Assembly (NCBI GenBank): GCA_023898725.1
Contig: CP060236.1
Coordinates: 196,920 to 260,919, forward strand
Length of the DNA: 64,000 bases
Source: Alphaproteobacteria bacterium
Lineage (GTDB): Bacteria > Pseudomonadota > Alphaproteobacteria > JAUHZC01
Reading direction: 5' to 3'
Under the pieces are notes generated by a model. The model did no database searches, had not been told where the DNA came from, and worked only from the letters and a program-made list of their open reading frames with translations. This document shows, in pieces, positions 1 to 9,716 of the stretch (position 1 is the first letter of the stretch; every line of letters starts with the position of its first letter). Position numbers and translations under genes: made by a program.

Positions 1-1031
1 GCAGCATAACGCCCACCAGGGCCAAAACTGATTCGCTTTATATTTTTGCCGTTACTGTCCATAACATACAGCTGTTGGGTTCCAGGACGATCTGAGTTAA
101 ATACGATCTTCTTTCCATCGGGACTATAGCTAGGAGATGTGTCAATATACTTACCCTCAGTAAGCTTGCGAATGGATTTTGTTCCCAGGTCCATCTCGTA
201 TATGTGAGAGTATGCGCCCTTATCTGTTGCGCTCATCAAGACTTTCTTACCATCCGGAGAATAGCGCGGCGCATAGGTCATTCCGGGAAATCGCCCCACC
301 AGGGTCCGCATGCCTGTTTTAAGGTTTAAGATATAAACCTTAGGAACCGTGTTTGTGATGCCATAGTCCAGATACACAATTTCATTGCGCGTCGGTGAAA
401 AGCGAGGTGTCAAAACAATATTTTTCCCCATAGTCAGATACCGATGATTTTCACCATCTTGGTCCATGATAGCTAACTGCTTTATTGCTTGTGTACCCTG
501 CTTGCGCTCAGCAATATAGGCAACTTGAGAGTCAAAGAACCCATCTTCCCCCATTAGGCGTTTGTAGATATCATCACTGGCCATATGTACCAAACGGCGC
601 CATGATCGTTTATCGGTGGTAAGCGTGTGAGAGACAACTTCCTTCTGTGTCAGAACATTATAAAGAATATAACTAAACTGCACCCGACCATCCATGGTTG
701 GCGAGAGCTTCCCCACCACCAAGGATCGCGCACCGATCACACGCCAATCTCTAAATTTTGGCTCTTTAAGGGCATCGTCAGCATTTTGAATAAATGCCTT
801 CTGACTAATAACATTAAACACACCAGCATTGGTAAAGTTCGTGCGCATCGCCCTTGCCATCTCCCGACCAAACTGGGCATGCTCCGGTGTTGCTCCCTGA
901 AAGTCTGTTACAGCTATGGGATGGTCAGTTGCCGATCCCTGGGTCAATTTTACGTGAATTTTAGCCTGAGCTGGCAAAATGCACAGCATAGCCAAAACAA
1001 CCATGCGATAAAAAATTGAAGAAGTATTCAT
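1..1031 (-). CDS. tolB: Tol-Pal system beta-propeller protein TolB. The C-terminus runs off the window edge; the start codon is the complement of 1029-1031.
   Basis: The minus-strand translation starts [23 protein letters not shown], a signal peptide. It is followed by TolB-like N-domain and WD/beta-propeller repeats ([24 protein letters not shown]). The gene lies downstream of tolQ-tolR-tolA in the canonical order. It is absent from the ORF table only because it is truncated by the window edge. Confidence 0.85.
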   Translation of the reverse strand, partial: [343 protein letters not shown]

Positions 1032-1253
1032 GAGATCCACACGAAAAATATATTGATTACGAATTATAAGAGTATTATTAGCAAAAAAAAGAGCGCATGC
1101 CTATGGTGTATTATGGTTCATAAGCTCTCTCTCAATCGCCCTGTCTAGGAAACCATTTATCCAGGAGGCTTTTGTCATAAGCACCACGTGACCCCTGTGC
1201 GTGTACTCTTCATCACACAACTTTCATCGAACCCATCACCTGTTCGTTATACA

Positions 1254-2060
1254 CTAGTTCATAGCCTTAGGATCAAAGACAATCTCAAGCTCTTTCCAGC
1301 GTGAGTACTTTTGTACAGGAAGAGCAATTGGCTGACAACGTGGGTCAAGCACAGCATTTCGTGCCTCATCTACCGCTACTTGGTACAACGCATTTTGCGT
1401 ATTTTTGGGTGAAATTATTTCTGCTTTATTTACCGTACCATTTTGATTCATTAGCAAGCTTACGACCACGACAAACGTGCGAGAATTTGGTGCGTGCATA
1501 AAGGTACCCTTGTTCCAACACGCATTAAATTGGCGCATAAGAATTGTACGAATTTCATCATCACTTTCCGAACCATCCGCAGAGCCATGCCGAACATTGG
1601 CTTTATCTGTGGGTTTTTCTGTAACATCTTGCAAGTTTTTTAGTGCCCCCTGAGGTTGTGGCTTAGTCTTTGGTCGTGGAGAAGGAGGCCGTTTTTCCTT
1701 AGGGATTTCTTGCGGTTTTTTAGGGGCTGGCTTCGAACGATACGCGTCTGGGTCACTGACATCTGAAGGCTTTGTTGGTGCTGGTTTAAATTTTTCTATC
1801 ACCTTGGGGGGTAAGGGAATTTTTGATTGATGACGACCAAGAGCCTCTTTTTGTGAAGGCAATGTATCGTTCATAATAATTTCAACAGCCCCACCCAAAA
1901 CAATGGGTTGCGAGCGTGCCCAAAAAATATAGTCCAGCGCCAAGGCGAGTATCGCACACACATGAAAAATTACCGACCATCGGAGTCCTACAACCAGCGA
2001 GAATTGGGTATATGTTTTGCGTGCATGCAGAGCCTTAAGAGTGGCAGATGAGCGCTCCAT
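1254..2060 (-). CDS. tolA: TolA-like protein: N-terminal membrane anchor, a Pro/Lys-rich spacer and a C-terminal TolA domain.
   Basis: A single N-terminal hydrophobic helix is followed by a long P/K/E-rich linker (KPAPKKPQEIPKEKRPPSPRPKTKPQPQ). The gene sits between tolR and tolB. Confidence 0.6.
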   Translation of the reverse strand: MERSSATLKALHARKTYTQFSLVVGLRWSVIFHVCAILALALDYIFWARSQPIVLGGAVEIIMNDTLPSQKEALGRHQSKIPLPPKVIEKFKPAPTKPSDVSDPDAYRSKPAPKKPQEIPKEKRPPSPRPKTKPQPQGALKNLQDVTEKPTDKANVRHGSADGSESDDEIRTILMRQFNACWNKGTFMHAPNSRTFVVVVSLLMNQNGTVNKAEIISPKNTQNALYQVAVDEARNAVLDPRCQPIALPVQKYSRWKELEIVFDPKAMN

Positions 2061-2075
2061 GTTCCCTAAGCTTTC

Positions 2076-2516
2076 TTAAGATTTACCCGGAGGCGTTGCC
2101 ACAAGACCAACGTGACGGAATCCTCCATATTGCAAGTGTGCCATCAAATTCATGATCGCACCATAGCTGACACGCTTATCTCCGCGCACATAAATACGTG
2201 CCTGCGGATCTGATTGGGTAATAGCTTTTAATTGAGGCACCAGATTTTTAAAGATTACCTTACGGTCTTGGATAAAAACGTCACCTTGACGGTTCATACT
2301 GACTGTTAGGGGTTCTTTTTGCTCTGTGGATGATTTCGCTGCGACTTTTGGCAAGTTAACGGGCACACACACCGTTAACATGGGCGCCGTTACCATAAAG
2401 ACAATAAGCAATACAAGCATGACGTCCACGAAAGGAGTTACATTGATTTCTGCCATGGGCTGACGACGGCTGCGCCGCCGGCGTGATGATGCTAGCTGTG
2501 TTGCGTTCATGCCCAT
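2076..2516 (-). CDS. tolR: TolR (ExbD/TolR family biopolymer transport protein).
   Basis: The 146-aa product has an INVTPFVDVMLVLLIVFMVTAP transmembrane segment typical of ExbD/TolR. The gene lies immediately downstream of tolQ. Confidence 0.8.
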   Translation of the reverse strand: MGMNATQLASSRRRRSRRQPMAEINVTPFVDVMLVLLIVFMVTAPMLTVCVPVNLPKVAAKSSTEQKEPLTVSMNRQGDVFIQDRKVIFKNLVPQLKAITQSDPQARIYVRGDKRVSYGAIMNLMAHLQYGGFRHVGLVATPPGKS

Positions 2517-2519
2517 AAA

Positions 2520-3257
2520 TTATGCCTTGCTATCAAGTTGACGAGAAAAAACGGTTGTAAACTCCTCAATAAATCCGCCAATCCGTGTAGCAAAACGGTT
2601 CACATCACTGGAAATTTTGTTATAGGCTAAAACCGCCGGAATAGCGGCAACCAACCCCATTGCTGTGGCAAATAAGGCCTCCGCAATGCCTGGGGCGACA
2701 ACCGCAAGATTGGTCGCTTGATTGGCCGCAATGCTTTGAAAGCTGTTCATAATGCCCCACACGGTCCCAAAAAGGCCAACAAAAGGCGCCGTAGATCCTA
2801 CCGATGCAAGATAACTTGAAACACCCTCAAGGAGCTCAAGCTCACGATCCATTGCTACATTCATCACCCGAGTCATGCGCACAAGCACATTGGCACGCTG
2901 TTCGCTTGTCAGCCGATTGGATGATTTTGATTGCTCCCACTCTCGCATTCCACTTATAAAAACAGCACTTAAGGGATCCGGATCATCATAATCTACTTGT
3001 CCATGGACCTTATCCAAGTTTGATCCTGACCAAAAAATATCTTCAAACGCATTTGCTTTTTTTTGCATACGCTTGATTAACAAGTACCGTGAGATAAAGA
3101 TCGCCCACGTCGCCAGAGACGCAGCAACCAAAAGAAGCATAACAAATTGAATCGTAACGTCAGCCTCAACAAATAAACGCCACAAAGAAAGATCCGCAGA
3201 CTGCACAGCACTCGGCGTCAGGGATTGTACGGCGGGCAAAGAGGGAGATACAGACAT
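2520..3257 (-). CDS. tolQ: TolQ (MotA/TolQ/ExbB proton channel).
   Basis: The product shows the MotA/TolQ/ExbB transmembrane pattern. It also has the conserved C-terminal GLVAAIPAVLAYN motif. The start is probably the internal Met (MSVSPSLP, complement of 3255-3257) rather than the longest ORF at 3323. Confidence 0.8.
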   Translation of the reverse strand: MSVSPSLPAVQSLTPSAVQSADLSLWRLFVEADVTIQFVMLLLVAASLATWAIFISRYLLIKRMQKKANAFEDIFWSGSNLDKVHGQVDYDDPDPLSAVFISGMREWEQSKSSNRLTSEQRANVLVRMTRVMNVAMDRELELLEGVSSYLASVGSTAPFVGLFGTVWGIMNSFQSIAANQATNLAVVAPGIAEALFATAMGLVAAIPAVLAYNKISSDVNRFATRIGGFIEEFTTVFSRQLDSKA

Positions 3258-3440
3258 ATGTGCGACAAAGTAATTGTGTAATGGAAGCAGTATACGTGAA
3301 ATTACACGGTCGGACAAGAACAAGAGAGGGGTTCATAGCCGTTGTGGTTAATGATCGCAGCGAGAAAAATCTGCAGACCACATTTTTTATGCACAGCCTT
3401 TACGTTGGGGGAATCTTTCTTTACATTACAAATGGTTTGC

Positions 3441-3517
3441 GCGTCCTTAGCTCAGCTGGATAGAGCAACAGCCTTCTAAGCTGTGGGTCGCAGGTTCGAA
3501 TCCTGCAGGACGCACCA
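3441..3517 (+). tRNA. tRNA-Arg with anticodon UCU; the 3' CCA is encoded.
   Basis: The 77-nt sequence folds as a cloverleaf. It has a 7-bp acceptor stem (GCGTCCT/AGGACGC), a D arm GCTC/GAGC and an anticodon stem ACAGC/GCTGT. The anticodon loop is CTTCTAA, giving anticodon TCT. The T arm is GCAGG TTCGAAT CCTGC. Confidence 0.85.
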
Positions 3518-3687
3518 CCCTTTCCAGGGCACAGGATTATAGTAGATCCAAACTTTCTACTGGCAAAGAAACGCTGAGGTGGGACACCACACATTCGCCG
3601 GAAGGTAAACAGTTGCGTCGCTCAACGATCCAGGCAGATAGCTGGTTGCAATCTACAGATCCGATAAACACATCCGCCATAAATCCA

Positions 3688-6330
3688 TTAGTGGGGGAGC
3701 CGCTTCAACGCTTGAAGGATTTTCTCTTGTGCAGCCTGAGCAGCATCGTGTCTGGCGCGTATTTTTGCGACAGCATCAGGACTGGCGCGGCTGACAAAGT
3801 TCTTATTTGCAAGTTTTTGAGCATTGACATCACACTCAGCTACAAACGCAGCAAGCTCTTTTTCCAGACGTTTGCGTTCTTCTCCAGAGTCAAGCGCATG
3901 CATGACTGGCACGTGAATGGTCGTGCCATCAAAAACAAATTGAAGCGCTTGATCGGGGAAATCCGTCGCCGGGGTAATGGTATTAATCTTTGCTACTATC
4001 GTGCATAGATCCGGAAATTGGGCAAAAATAAAGGGCAGCTGACTGTTGGTCTCAACCAACAGGTCAAGGCCTTTCCCTGGTGCAATACCTGCATCAGCCC
4101 TCAACCCTCGCAGATCTTTGATCAAGCGAATCAATGTATCAATCCCTGCAATGGCGTGTTTGTCCGCCTCTAACGCCTCTGAAAAAGAGGGCCACTCTGT
4201 AGCTATGAGCATACCTTCTTCCGCATAGAAATGCGCATGAATTTCCTCCGTCACAAAGGGCATCAACGGGTTTACAAAAATCAATACTTGGCGCAACACC
4301 CACATAAGCGTTTCTTGCGTTTCACGATGAGCCTTATGCGTGTTGTTTTGTAAGGCAGGCTTTGCGAGCTCCACATACCAATCACAGACCGCCCCCCAAA
4401 CGAACTGATAAACACTGTGCGTCACACGATCAAAGCGGTAGTTTTCTAAATGTGCTTCCAGCACGCGACTCTGGGCATAGACTTGATCCACAATCCACTG
4501 ATTGACAGGATACGTCACGCTACATGGGTCAAATGCCCTACGGTACTGGCATTGATAGTGCTCGCATAATCGCGCCACATTCCATAATTTTGTGCCAAAA
4601 TTCCTGTATCCCTCAATTTGAGATTCTTTAAATTTAATATCCACCCCTGGGGCCGCATATGAAGCCATACCAAAGCGCAACGCATCAGAGCCATATTTGT
4701 CTATCAGCACCAAAGGATCGATCACATTGCCTTTTGACTTAGACATTTTTTGACCATGCTCGTCACGCACCAGCGCATTCATATAAACGGTATGAAAGGG
4801 TACCTCACCCATACAATGTATTCCCATCATCATCATGCGCGCCACCCAAAAAAAGATAATATCAAAACCCGTCACAAGAACGTCACCAGGATAATAACGT
4901 GCAAGCTCAGTTGTTTGATGCGGCCACCCCAGAGTACTAAAAGGCCACAAAGCAGAAGAAAACCATGTGTCTAAAACATCAGCATCGCGCCTCAGGGAAA
5001 CCGCTTCTCCGTAATGCGCTATCGCCAGTTTTTGGGCTTCTTCTTCATCATGAGCCACGAAGTGAGCCTCATCCGGACCATACCACACGGGAATTTGATG
5101 ACCCCACCAAATCTGGCGCGAAATGCACCACGGCTGAATATTCCGCATCCACTCAAAGTACGTTGCCGTCCATTTTTCGGGAACAAACTTTGTTTTCCCT
5201 TCTTCTACGGCTTGTATTGCTTTAGCAGCCAGCGGTTCAACATTCATAAACCATTGCAGTGTCATATATGGCTCAACCTCAACACCACTGCGTTGACTAT
5301 GCGGAACAGGGCGCGTCGTTTCTTCGACTGTGATGAGCTGATCTGTTGCATCAAGCGCTGCAACTACTGCTTTGCGCGCCGCATACCGATCGAGGCCAAC
5401 AAAACGTTCTGGGACAACTCCCGGGAGCAATCTGAGGCCTTTATCCATCACCGTAATGTGTGGCAACCCATGGCGACGACCTACCTCAAAATCGTTAAAG
5501 TCATGAGCAGGGGTAATCTTAACTGCTCCTGTTCCTTTCTCCGGATCTGAATAATCATCTGCAATAACAGGAATGGTTCGATCAGTAAGCGGCACCCGAA
5601 CCTTTTTTCCCACAAGGTGGGCATAACGCTCATCTTTAGGATTCACCGCGATAGCCGTGTCTCCAAAGAGTGTTTCGGGACGAGTGGTCGCAATGACAAG
5701 GGAGTCCTTACTATCGCAGAGAGGATAAGCAATGTGATAGTAATGACCCTTGATGTCTTTAGTTTCCACCTCAAGATCAGAGACAGCTGTTTGCAAAACA
5801 ACATCCCAATTGACCAAACGCTCCGCACGATAAATTAATCCCTCATTATAAAGCCGCACAAACACCTCCCGCACAGCCTCATTCAGCCCTTCATCCATTG
5901 TAAAACGGGCCCGTTTCCAATCCGGTGTTATGCCTAAGCGACGCTGCTGATCAAAAATTCGGTTTCCGGACTCCGCACGCCATTCCCACACGCGCGCTAT
6001 AAAGGCATCGCGACCAAGATCATGACGCGTGCGCTTTTCCTCTGCCAATTGGCGCTCGACAATCATTTGTGTTGCAATCCCCGCATGATCCATACCGGGT
6101 TGCCAAAAGGCATCCATGCCCTTCAAACGCTTGTAACGAATCATAATATCTTGAAGTGTGTAGTTCAGCGCATGCCCCATATGCAAGGATCCCGTCACGT
6201 TAGGGGGGGGCATCATGATGACATATGGTTTTTTACCAGAAGCTGTATTACCAGCGGTTAGGCCAGACTCGTCCCACGCAGCAATCCATTTATTCTCAAG
6301 ATTTCGCGGGTTATATGTTTTATCAAGCAT
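3688..6330 (-). CDS. valS: Valine--tRNA ligase.
   Basis: The 880-aa product carries the class I HIGH motif (PPPNVTGSLHMGHA) and the KMSKS motif (KMSKSKGN). It also has a ValRS-type editing domain and an anticodon-binding domain. Confidence 0.95.
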   Translation of the reverse strand: MLDKTYNPRNLENKWIAAWDESGLTAGNTASGKKPYVIMMPPPNVTGSLHMGHALNYTLQDIMIRYKRLKGMDAFWQPGMDHAGIATQMIVERQLAEEKRTRHDLGRDAFIARVWEWRAESGNRIFDQQRRLGITPDWKRARFTMDEGLNEAVREVFVRLYNEGLIYRAERLVNWDVVLQTAVSDLEVETKDIKGHYYHIAYPLCDSKDSLVIATTRPETLFGDTAIAVNPKDERYAHLVGKKVRVPLTDRTIPVIADDYSDPEKGTGAVKITPAHDFNDFEVGRRHGLPHITVMDKGLRLLPGVVPERFVGLDRYAARKAVVAALDATDQLITVEETTRPVPHSQRSGVEVEPYMTLQWFMNVEPLAAKAIQAVEEGKTKFVPEKWTATYFEWMRNIQPWCISRQIWWGHQIPVWYGPDEAHFVAHDEEEAQKLAIAHYGEAVSLRRDADVLDTWFSSALWPFSTLGWPHQTTELARYYPGDVLVTGFDIIFFWVARMMMMGIHCMGEVPFHTVYMNALVRDEHGQKMSKSKGNVIDPLVLIDKYGSDALRFGMASYAAPGVDIKFKESQIEGYRNFGTKLWNVARLCEHYQCQYRRAFDPCSVTYPVNQWIVDQVYAQSRVLEAHLENYRFDRVTHSVYQFVWGAVCDWYVELAKPALQNNTHKAHRETQETLMWVLRQVLIFVNPLMPFVTEEIHAHFYAEEGMLIATEWPSFSEALEADKHAIAGIDTLIRLIKDLRGLRADAGIAPGKGLDLLVETNSQLPFIFAQFPDLCTIVAKINTITPATDFPDQALQFVFDGTTIHVPVMHALDSGEERKRLEKELAAFVAECDVNAQKLANKNFVSRASPDAVAKIRARHDAAQAAQEKILQALKRLPH

Positions 6331-6489
6331 GTGATGAACCTCTCAGGAACATGTATCAGGTAATACCCGTATTATCAGGAATTTCTTCCTGACTCAACAT
6401 GACTGTCCGTGGGTGAACAGCAAAAATAATACGCATAGGAGCGAGCAATCTTCTAAGGGTAGAATATGGGTAGAATATGATCCGCTTCG

Positions 6490-7866
6490 TTAAGCGCGTT
6501 TGCTGGGGTCTGCTTCTGCATGAAGAATGGTGGTTACCGTTGTTACGTCTTCGTCAAGAAGCGCTGCAATCTCAGCAGGAGTTTGTCCAGCACGCGCAAG
6601 TCGTGCCATCACTTCCCGGAGTTTCTCCTGCGCTCCTTCTTCTTTTCCTTCTACTCTTCCTTGCGCTAATCCTTCTTCCTTTCCACGGGCATGTTCTTCA
6701 GCCGTGTAGATTGAGAAACGATCATACTCAAGACCTTCAGCAACATATGCGTCGTGCACATCTTCGGGAAGGTTGGTGATCCGAATCATCTCAAAAGCCC
6801 TCTTGACAGCGGGGGTAGCGATGGTTGCCTCAACTTCAGTGGCACTCATAAGATGGGCACGCGTGAAGAACGTCAGCCAATCTTGTTGCTCACGGGAATC
6901 CACAACTGCAGGCGCATTAGCAAGCGAATACTGTACCAGTTCAATCCCATCAATAAAGCGCCGCGGCGTATGGAGTTGTTCTTGCATGCGATATCGTCGC
7001 ACGTATTGTTCGGGGGTGTCGCGCCAATGATCCCCGCGTACACCCGCCAAAATGTTAATCCCAATGACTTTCTTGAGATCACGCCAATGGTCCCCACGGC
7101 GCAGTTGATTGCCATAAAAGGCGGCCACATAGGCAAGCGCACGTTCATCCCAATAGTCCTGAGGGATGACTTGCGTTTCGATCAAGGCATATTCACCCGT
7201 TTCTAACTGGCAGACAAAGTCCATGGTGCCGTTATACCGGACCTTTGGAAAAGCATGAACAAGATCATCAAACGATGCCACCATGCGGCGCAACAACTGG
7301 GTGGCTTGGGGATGTAGGGCTAACTCATCTTCGAGGGTATCTTGTAAGTGAACCTGAACCTGACGGGCACCGTCAAGTTCAGCAACAGTTTGACGGGTGT
7401 CCGCCCGATGAAGGAGGGTGCGCAAGGTTTGCATTTCTTGCAAGGGGTTCATGTGGTCATCCAGGCGTTTGGATTCCACAATCCCGATGTCGGGCACAAA
7501 GGCATGCAAAAAAGAGGGACGCACCTCATCGTCGGCAAGCACCAACTTAAAGGGGGCATCAAAGGTTGGGACTGTATAATCCTGTTGGCGTCCGCGGGGA
7601 AAGGCACTGATACTGTCGCGGGTGTTATCTGGGCCTCTTTTGGGTTTGGTGGCAAACCCACGACCAGGAACAATGCCCACCCAAGGAGCTAAAACGCTTC
7701 TTGCACTTTTTGGTGGGGTCTTAGCCCAGAAAACAGCTCGGGTTGATCCTCCCGCTGCGCGTGATCCCACCAGACAGAGTTCTTCAGCAGCGACCTTCCA
7801 GATGGCATGTATGGGTGCGTGCAGAGAGCTTAAAGAGATAAAGGCAACAAGTAAAAACGGCATCAT
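6490..7866 (-). CDS. Rpn/YhgA-like PD-(D/E)XK recombination-promoting nuclease (PDDEXK_1 / TIGR01784-type putative transposase), paralog copy 1, with an N-terminal extension.
   Basis: The N-terminal block DAPFKLVLADDEVRPSFLHAFVPD resembles the E. coli YhgA DAVFKTFM...FLEIHLPE block. The catalytic-core pattern MDFVCQLETGEYALIETQ matches D...E.Q. The C-terminal helix has G-x3-G heptads (EGLAQGRVEGKEEGAQE). The tail is ARLARAGQTPAEIAALLDEDVTTVTTIL. The start is set at ATGATG (MMPFLL) with an upstream GGAGG; the longer TTG-initiated ORF reaches 7893. Confidence 0.75.
   Translation of the reverse strand: MMPFLLVAFISLSSLHAPIHAIWKVAAEELCLVGSRAAGGSTRAVFWAKTPPKSARSVLAPWVGIVPGRGFATKPKRGPDNTRDSISAFPRGRQQDYTVPTFDAPFKLVLADDEVRPSFLHAFVPDIGIVESKRLDDHMNPLQEMQTLRTLLHRADTRQTVAELDGARQVQVHLQDTLEDELALHPQATQLLRRMVASFDDLVHAFPKVRYNGTMDFVCQLETGEYALIETQVIPQDYWDERALAYVAAFYGNQLRRGDHWRDLKKVIGINILAGVRGDHWRDTPEQYVRRYRMQEQLHTPRRFIDGIELVQYSLANAPAVVDSREQQDWLTFFTRAHLMSATEVEATIATPAVKRAFEMIRITNLPEDVHDAYVAEGLEYDRFSIYTAEEHARGKEEGLAQGRVEGKEEGAQEKLREVMARLARAGQTPAEIAALLDEDVTTVTTILHAEADPSKRA
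6628..6687 (-). repeat. In-frame 24-bp coding repeat array (KEEGLAQG unit) in Rpn-like copy 1. It holds 1 full unit plus the RVEG half-unit.
   Basis: A direct tandem repeat of GGAAAAGAAGAAGGATTAGCGCAA is present on the coding strand. Its copy number differs among the five paralogs. Confidence 0.8.
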
Positions 7867-8209
7867 GGATAAAACCTCCAACAATTCACACAAAACCTAT
7901 CAAAAGATTCCCAAATAGTCAAGATTTCATACACGGGTGGCACCCTGAAGGATAGGTAGATAGCTTCATAGGATATGAGACAGATCGCATATCTGCAGCA
8001 TCTACACAAACGACACGCATCCATAAAGCAGATAGCAGCAACGTATCATTTTGAAGGATAGCTTTTTAGGCAGAGACAGGTGTTAGTGGCTTTGTCGCTC
8101 AAGAGTTTCTCCTGACCTTCTGTGCCATCATCCTTATATAAGCGTTCCTATCGTGTGGGAGAGAACAATCTTCTAAAGGTAGAATAAGGGTAGAATATGA
8201 CCCGCTTCG

Positions 8210-9598
8210 TTAAGCGCGTTTGCTGGAGTCTGCTTCTGCATGCAGAATGGTGGTTACCGTTGTTACGTCTTCGTCAAGAAGCGCTGCAATCTCAGCAGGA
8301 GTTTGTCCAGCACGCGTAAGTCGTGCCATCACTTCCCGGAGTTTCTCTTGCGCTCCTTCTTCCTTTCCTTGGGCTAATCCTTCTTCTTTTCCTTGCGCTA
8401 ATCCTTCTTCTTTTCCACGGGCATGTTCTTCAGCCGTGTAGATTGAGAAACGATCATACTCAAGACCTTCAGCAACATATGCGTCGTGCACATCTTCGGG
8501 AAGGTTAGTGATCCGAATCATCTCAAAAGCCCTCTTGACAGCGGGGGTAGCGATGGTTGCCTCAACTTCAGTGGCACTCATAAGATGGGCACGCGTGAAG
8601 AACGTCAGCCAATCTTGTTGCTCACGGGAATCCACAACTGCAGGCGCATTAGCAAGCGAATACTGTACCAGTTCAATCCCATCAATAAAGCGCCGCGGCG
8701 TATGGAGTTGTTCTTGCATGCGATATCGTCGCACGTATTGTTCGGGGGTGTCGCGCCAATGATCCCCGCGTACACCCGCCAAAATGTTAATCCCAATGAC
8801 TTTCTTGAGATCACGCCAATGGTCCCCACGGCGCAGTTGATTGCCATAAAAGGCGGCCACATAGGCAAGCGCACGTTCATCCCAATAGTCCTGAGGGATG
8901 ACTTGCGTTTCGATCAAGGCATATTCACCCGTTTCTAACTGGCAGACAAAGTCCATGGTGCCGTTATACCGGACCTTTGGAAAAGCATGAACAAGATCAT
9001 CAAACGATGCCACCATGCGGCGCAACAACTGGGTGGCTTGGGGATGTAGGGCTAACTCATCTTCGAGGGTATCTTGTAAGTGAACCTGAACCTGACGGGC
9101 ACCGTCAAGTTCAGCAACAGTTTGACGGGTGTCCGCCCGATGAAGGAGGGTGCGCAAGGTTTGCATTTCTTGCAAGGGGTTCATGTGGTCATCCAGGCGT
9201 TTGGATTCCACAATCCCGATGTCGGGCACAAAGGCATGCAAAAAAGAGGGACGCACCTCATCGTCGGCAAGCACCAACTTAAAGGGGGCATCAAAGGTTG
9301 GGACTGTATAATCCTGTTGGCGTCCGCGGGGAAAGGCACTGATACTGTCGCGGGTGTTATCTGGGCCTCTTTTGGGTTTGGTGGCAAACCCACGACCAGG
9401 AACAATGCCCACCCAAGGAGCTAAAACGCTTCTTGCACTTTTTGGTGGGGTCTTAGCCCAGAAAACAGCTCGGGTTGATCCTCCCGCTGCGCGTGATCCC
9501 ACCAGATAGAGTTCTTCAGCAGCGACCTTCCAGCTGGCATGTAGGGGTGCGTGCAGAGAGCTTAAAGAGATAAAGGCAACAAGTAAAAACGGCATCAT
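8210..9598 (-). CDS. Rpn/YhgA-like PD-(D/E)XK nuclease, paralog copy 2.
   Basis: It is about 99% identical to copy 1 in protein sequence. The C-terminal repeat region reads KEEGLAQGKEEGLAQGKEEGAQE (2 units, no RVEG). Confidence 0.75.
   Translation of the reverse strand: MMPFLLVAFISLSSLHAPLHASWKVAAEELYLVGSRAAGGSTRAVFWAKTPPKSARSVLAPWVGIVPGRGFATKPKRGPDNTRDSISAFPRGRQQDYTVPTFDAPFKLVLADDEVRPSFLHAFVPDIGIVESKRLDDHMNPLQEMQTLRTLLHRADTRQTVAELDGARQVQVHLQDTLEDELALHPQATQLLRRMVASFDDLVHAFPKVRYNGTMDFVCQLETGEYALIETQVIPQDYWDERALAYVAAFYGNQLRRGDHWRDLKKVIGINILAGVRGDHWRDTPEQYVRRYRMQEQLHTPRRFIDGIELVQYSLANAPAVVDSREQQDWLTFFTRAHLMSATEVEATIATPAVKRAFEMIRITNLPEDVHDAYVAEGLEYDRFSIYTAEEHARGKEEGLAQGKEEGLAQGKEEGAQEKLREVMARLTRAGQTPAEIAALLDEDVTTVTTILHAEADSSKRA
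8347..8419 (-). repeat. 24-bp coding repeat array, copy 2 (2 full units).
   Basis: Tandem copies of the 24-bp unit are visible. They are reverse-complemented on the + strand. Confidence 0.8.
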
Positions 9599-9716
9599 GG
9601 ATAAAACCTCCAACAATTCACACAAAACCTATCAAAAGATTCCCAAATAGTCAAGATTTCATGCGCTTTATGGGGAGAGGGCTTAGCTGTGTAGAGTCCT
9701 TTACAAGAACCCTCTT

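Larger units (their letters stand above)
6447..8163 (-). repeat. Repeat unit A of the ~1.7-kb Rpn-gene repeat family. In the minus orientation it comprises the 45-bp tail, the gene and the ~270-bp leader.
   Basis: The unit is near-identical to units at 8164..9662, 11880..13587, 15173..16812 and 16813..18568. The unit junction motif is GTGTGGGAGAG|AACAATCTTCTAA. Confidence 0.85.
8164..9662 (-). repeat. Repeat unit B. It is truncated in its leader at 9662.
   Basis: It is identical to unit A up to TCAAGATTTCAT. It then diverges into unique sequence upstream of the LRR gene. Confidence 0.85.

Noticed and set aside
627-1019. 130-aa plus-strand ORF at the window start.
   Set aside because: It lies antisense within the clearly identifiable tolB gene on the minus strand.
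3441-3517. tRNA-Arg as the integration site of the repeat island.
   Set aside because: The island starts at 6447, on the far side of valS, and not adjacent to the tRNA. No tRNA 3' direct-repeat fragment is seen at the island ends.
5014-5550. 178-aa plus-strand ORF.
   Set aside because: It is antisense to valS and has no independent support.
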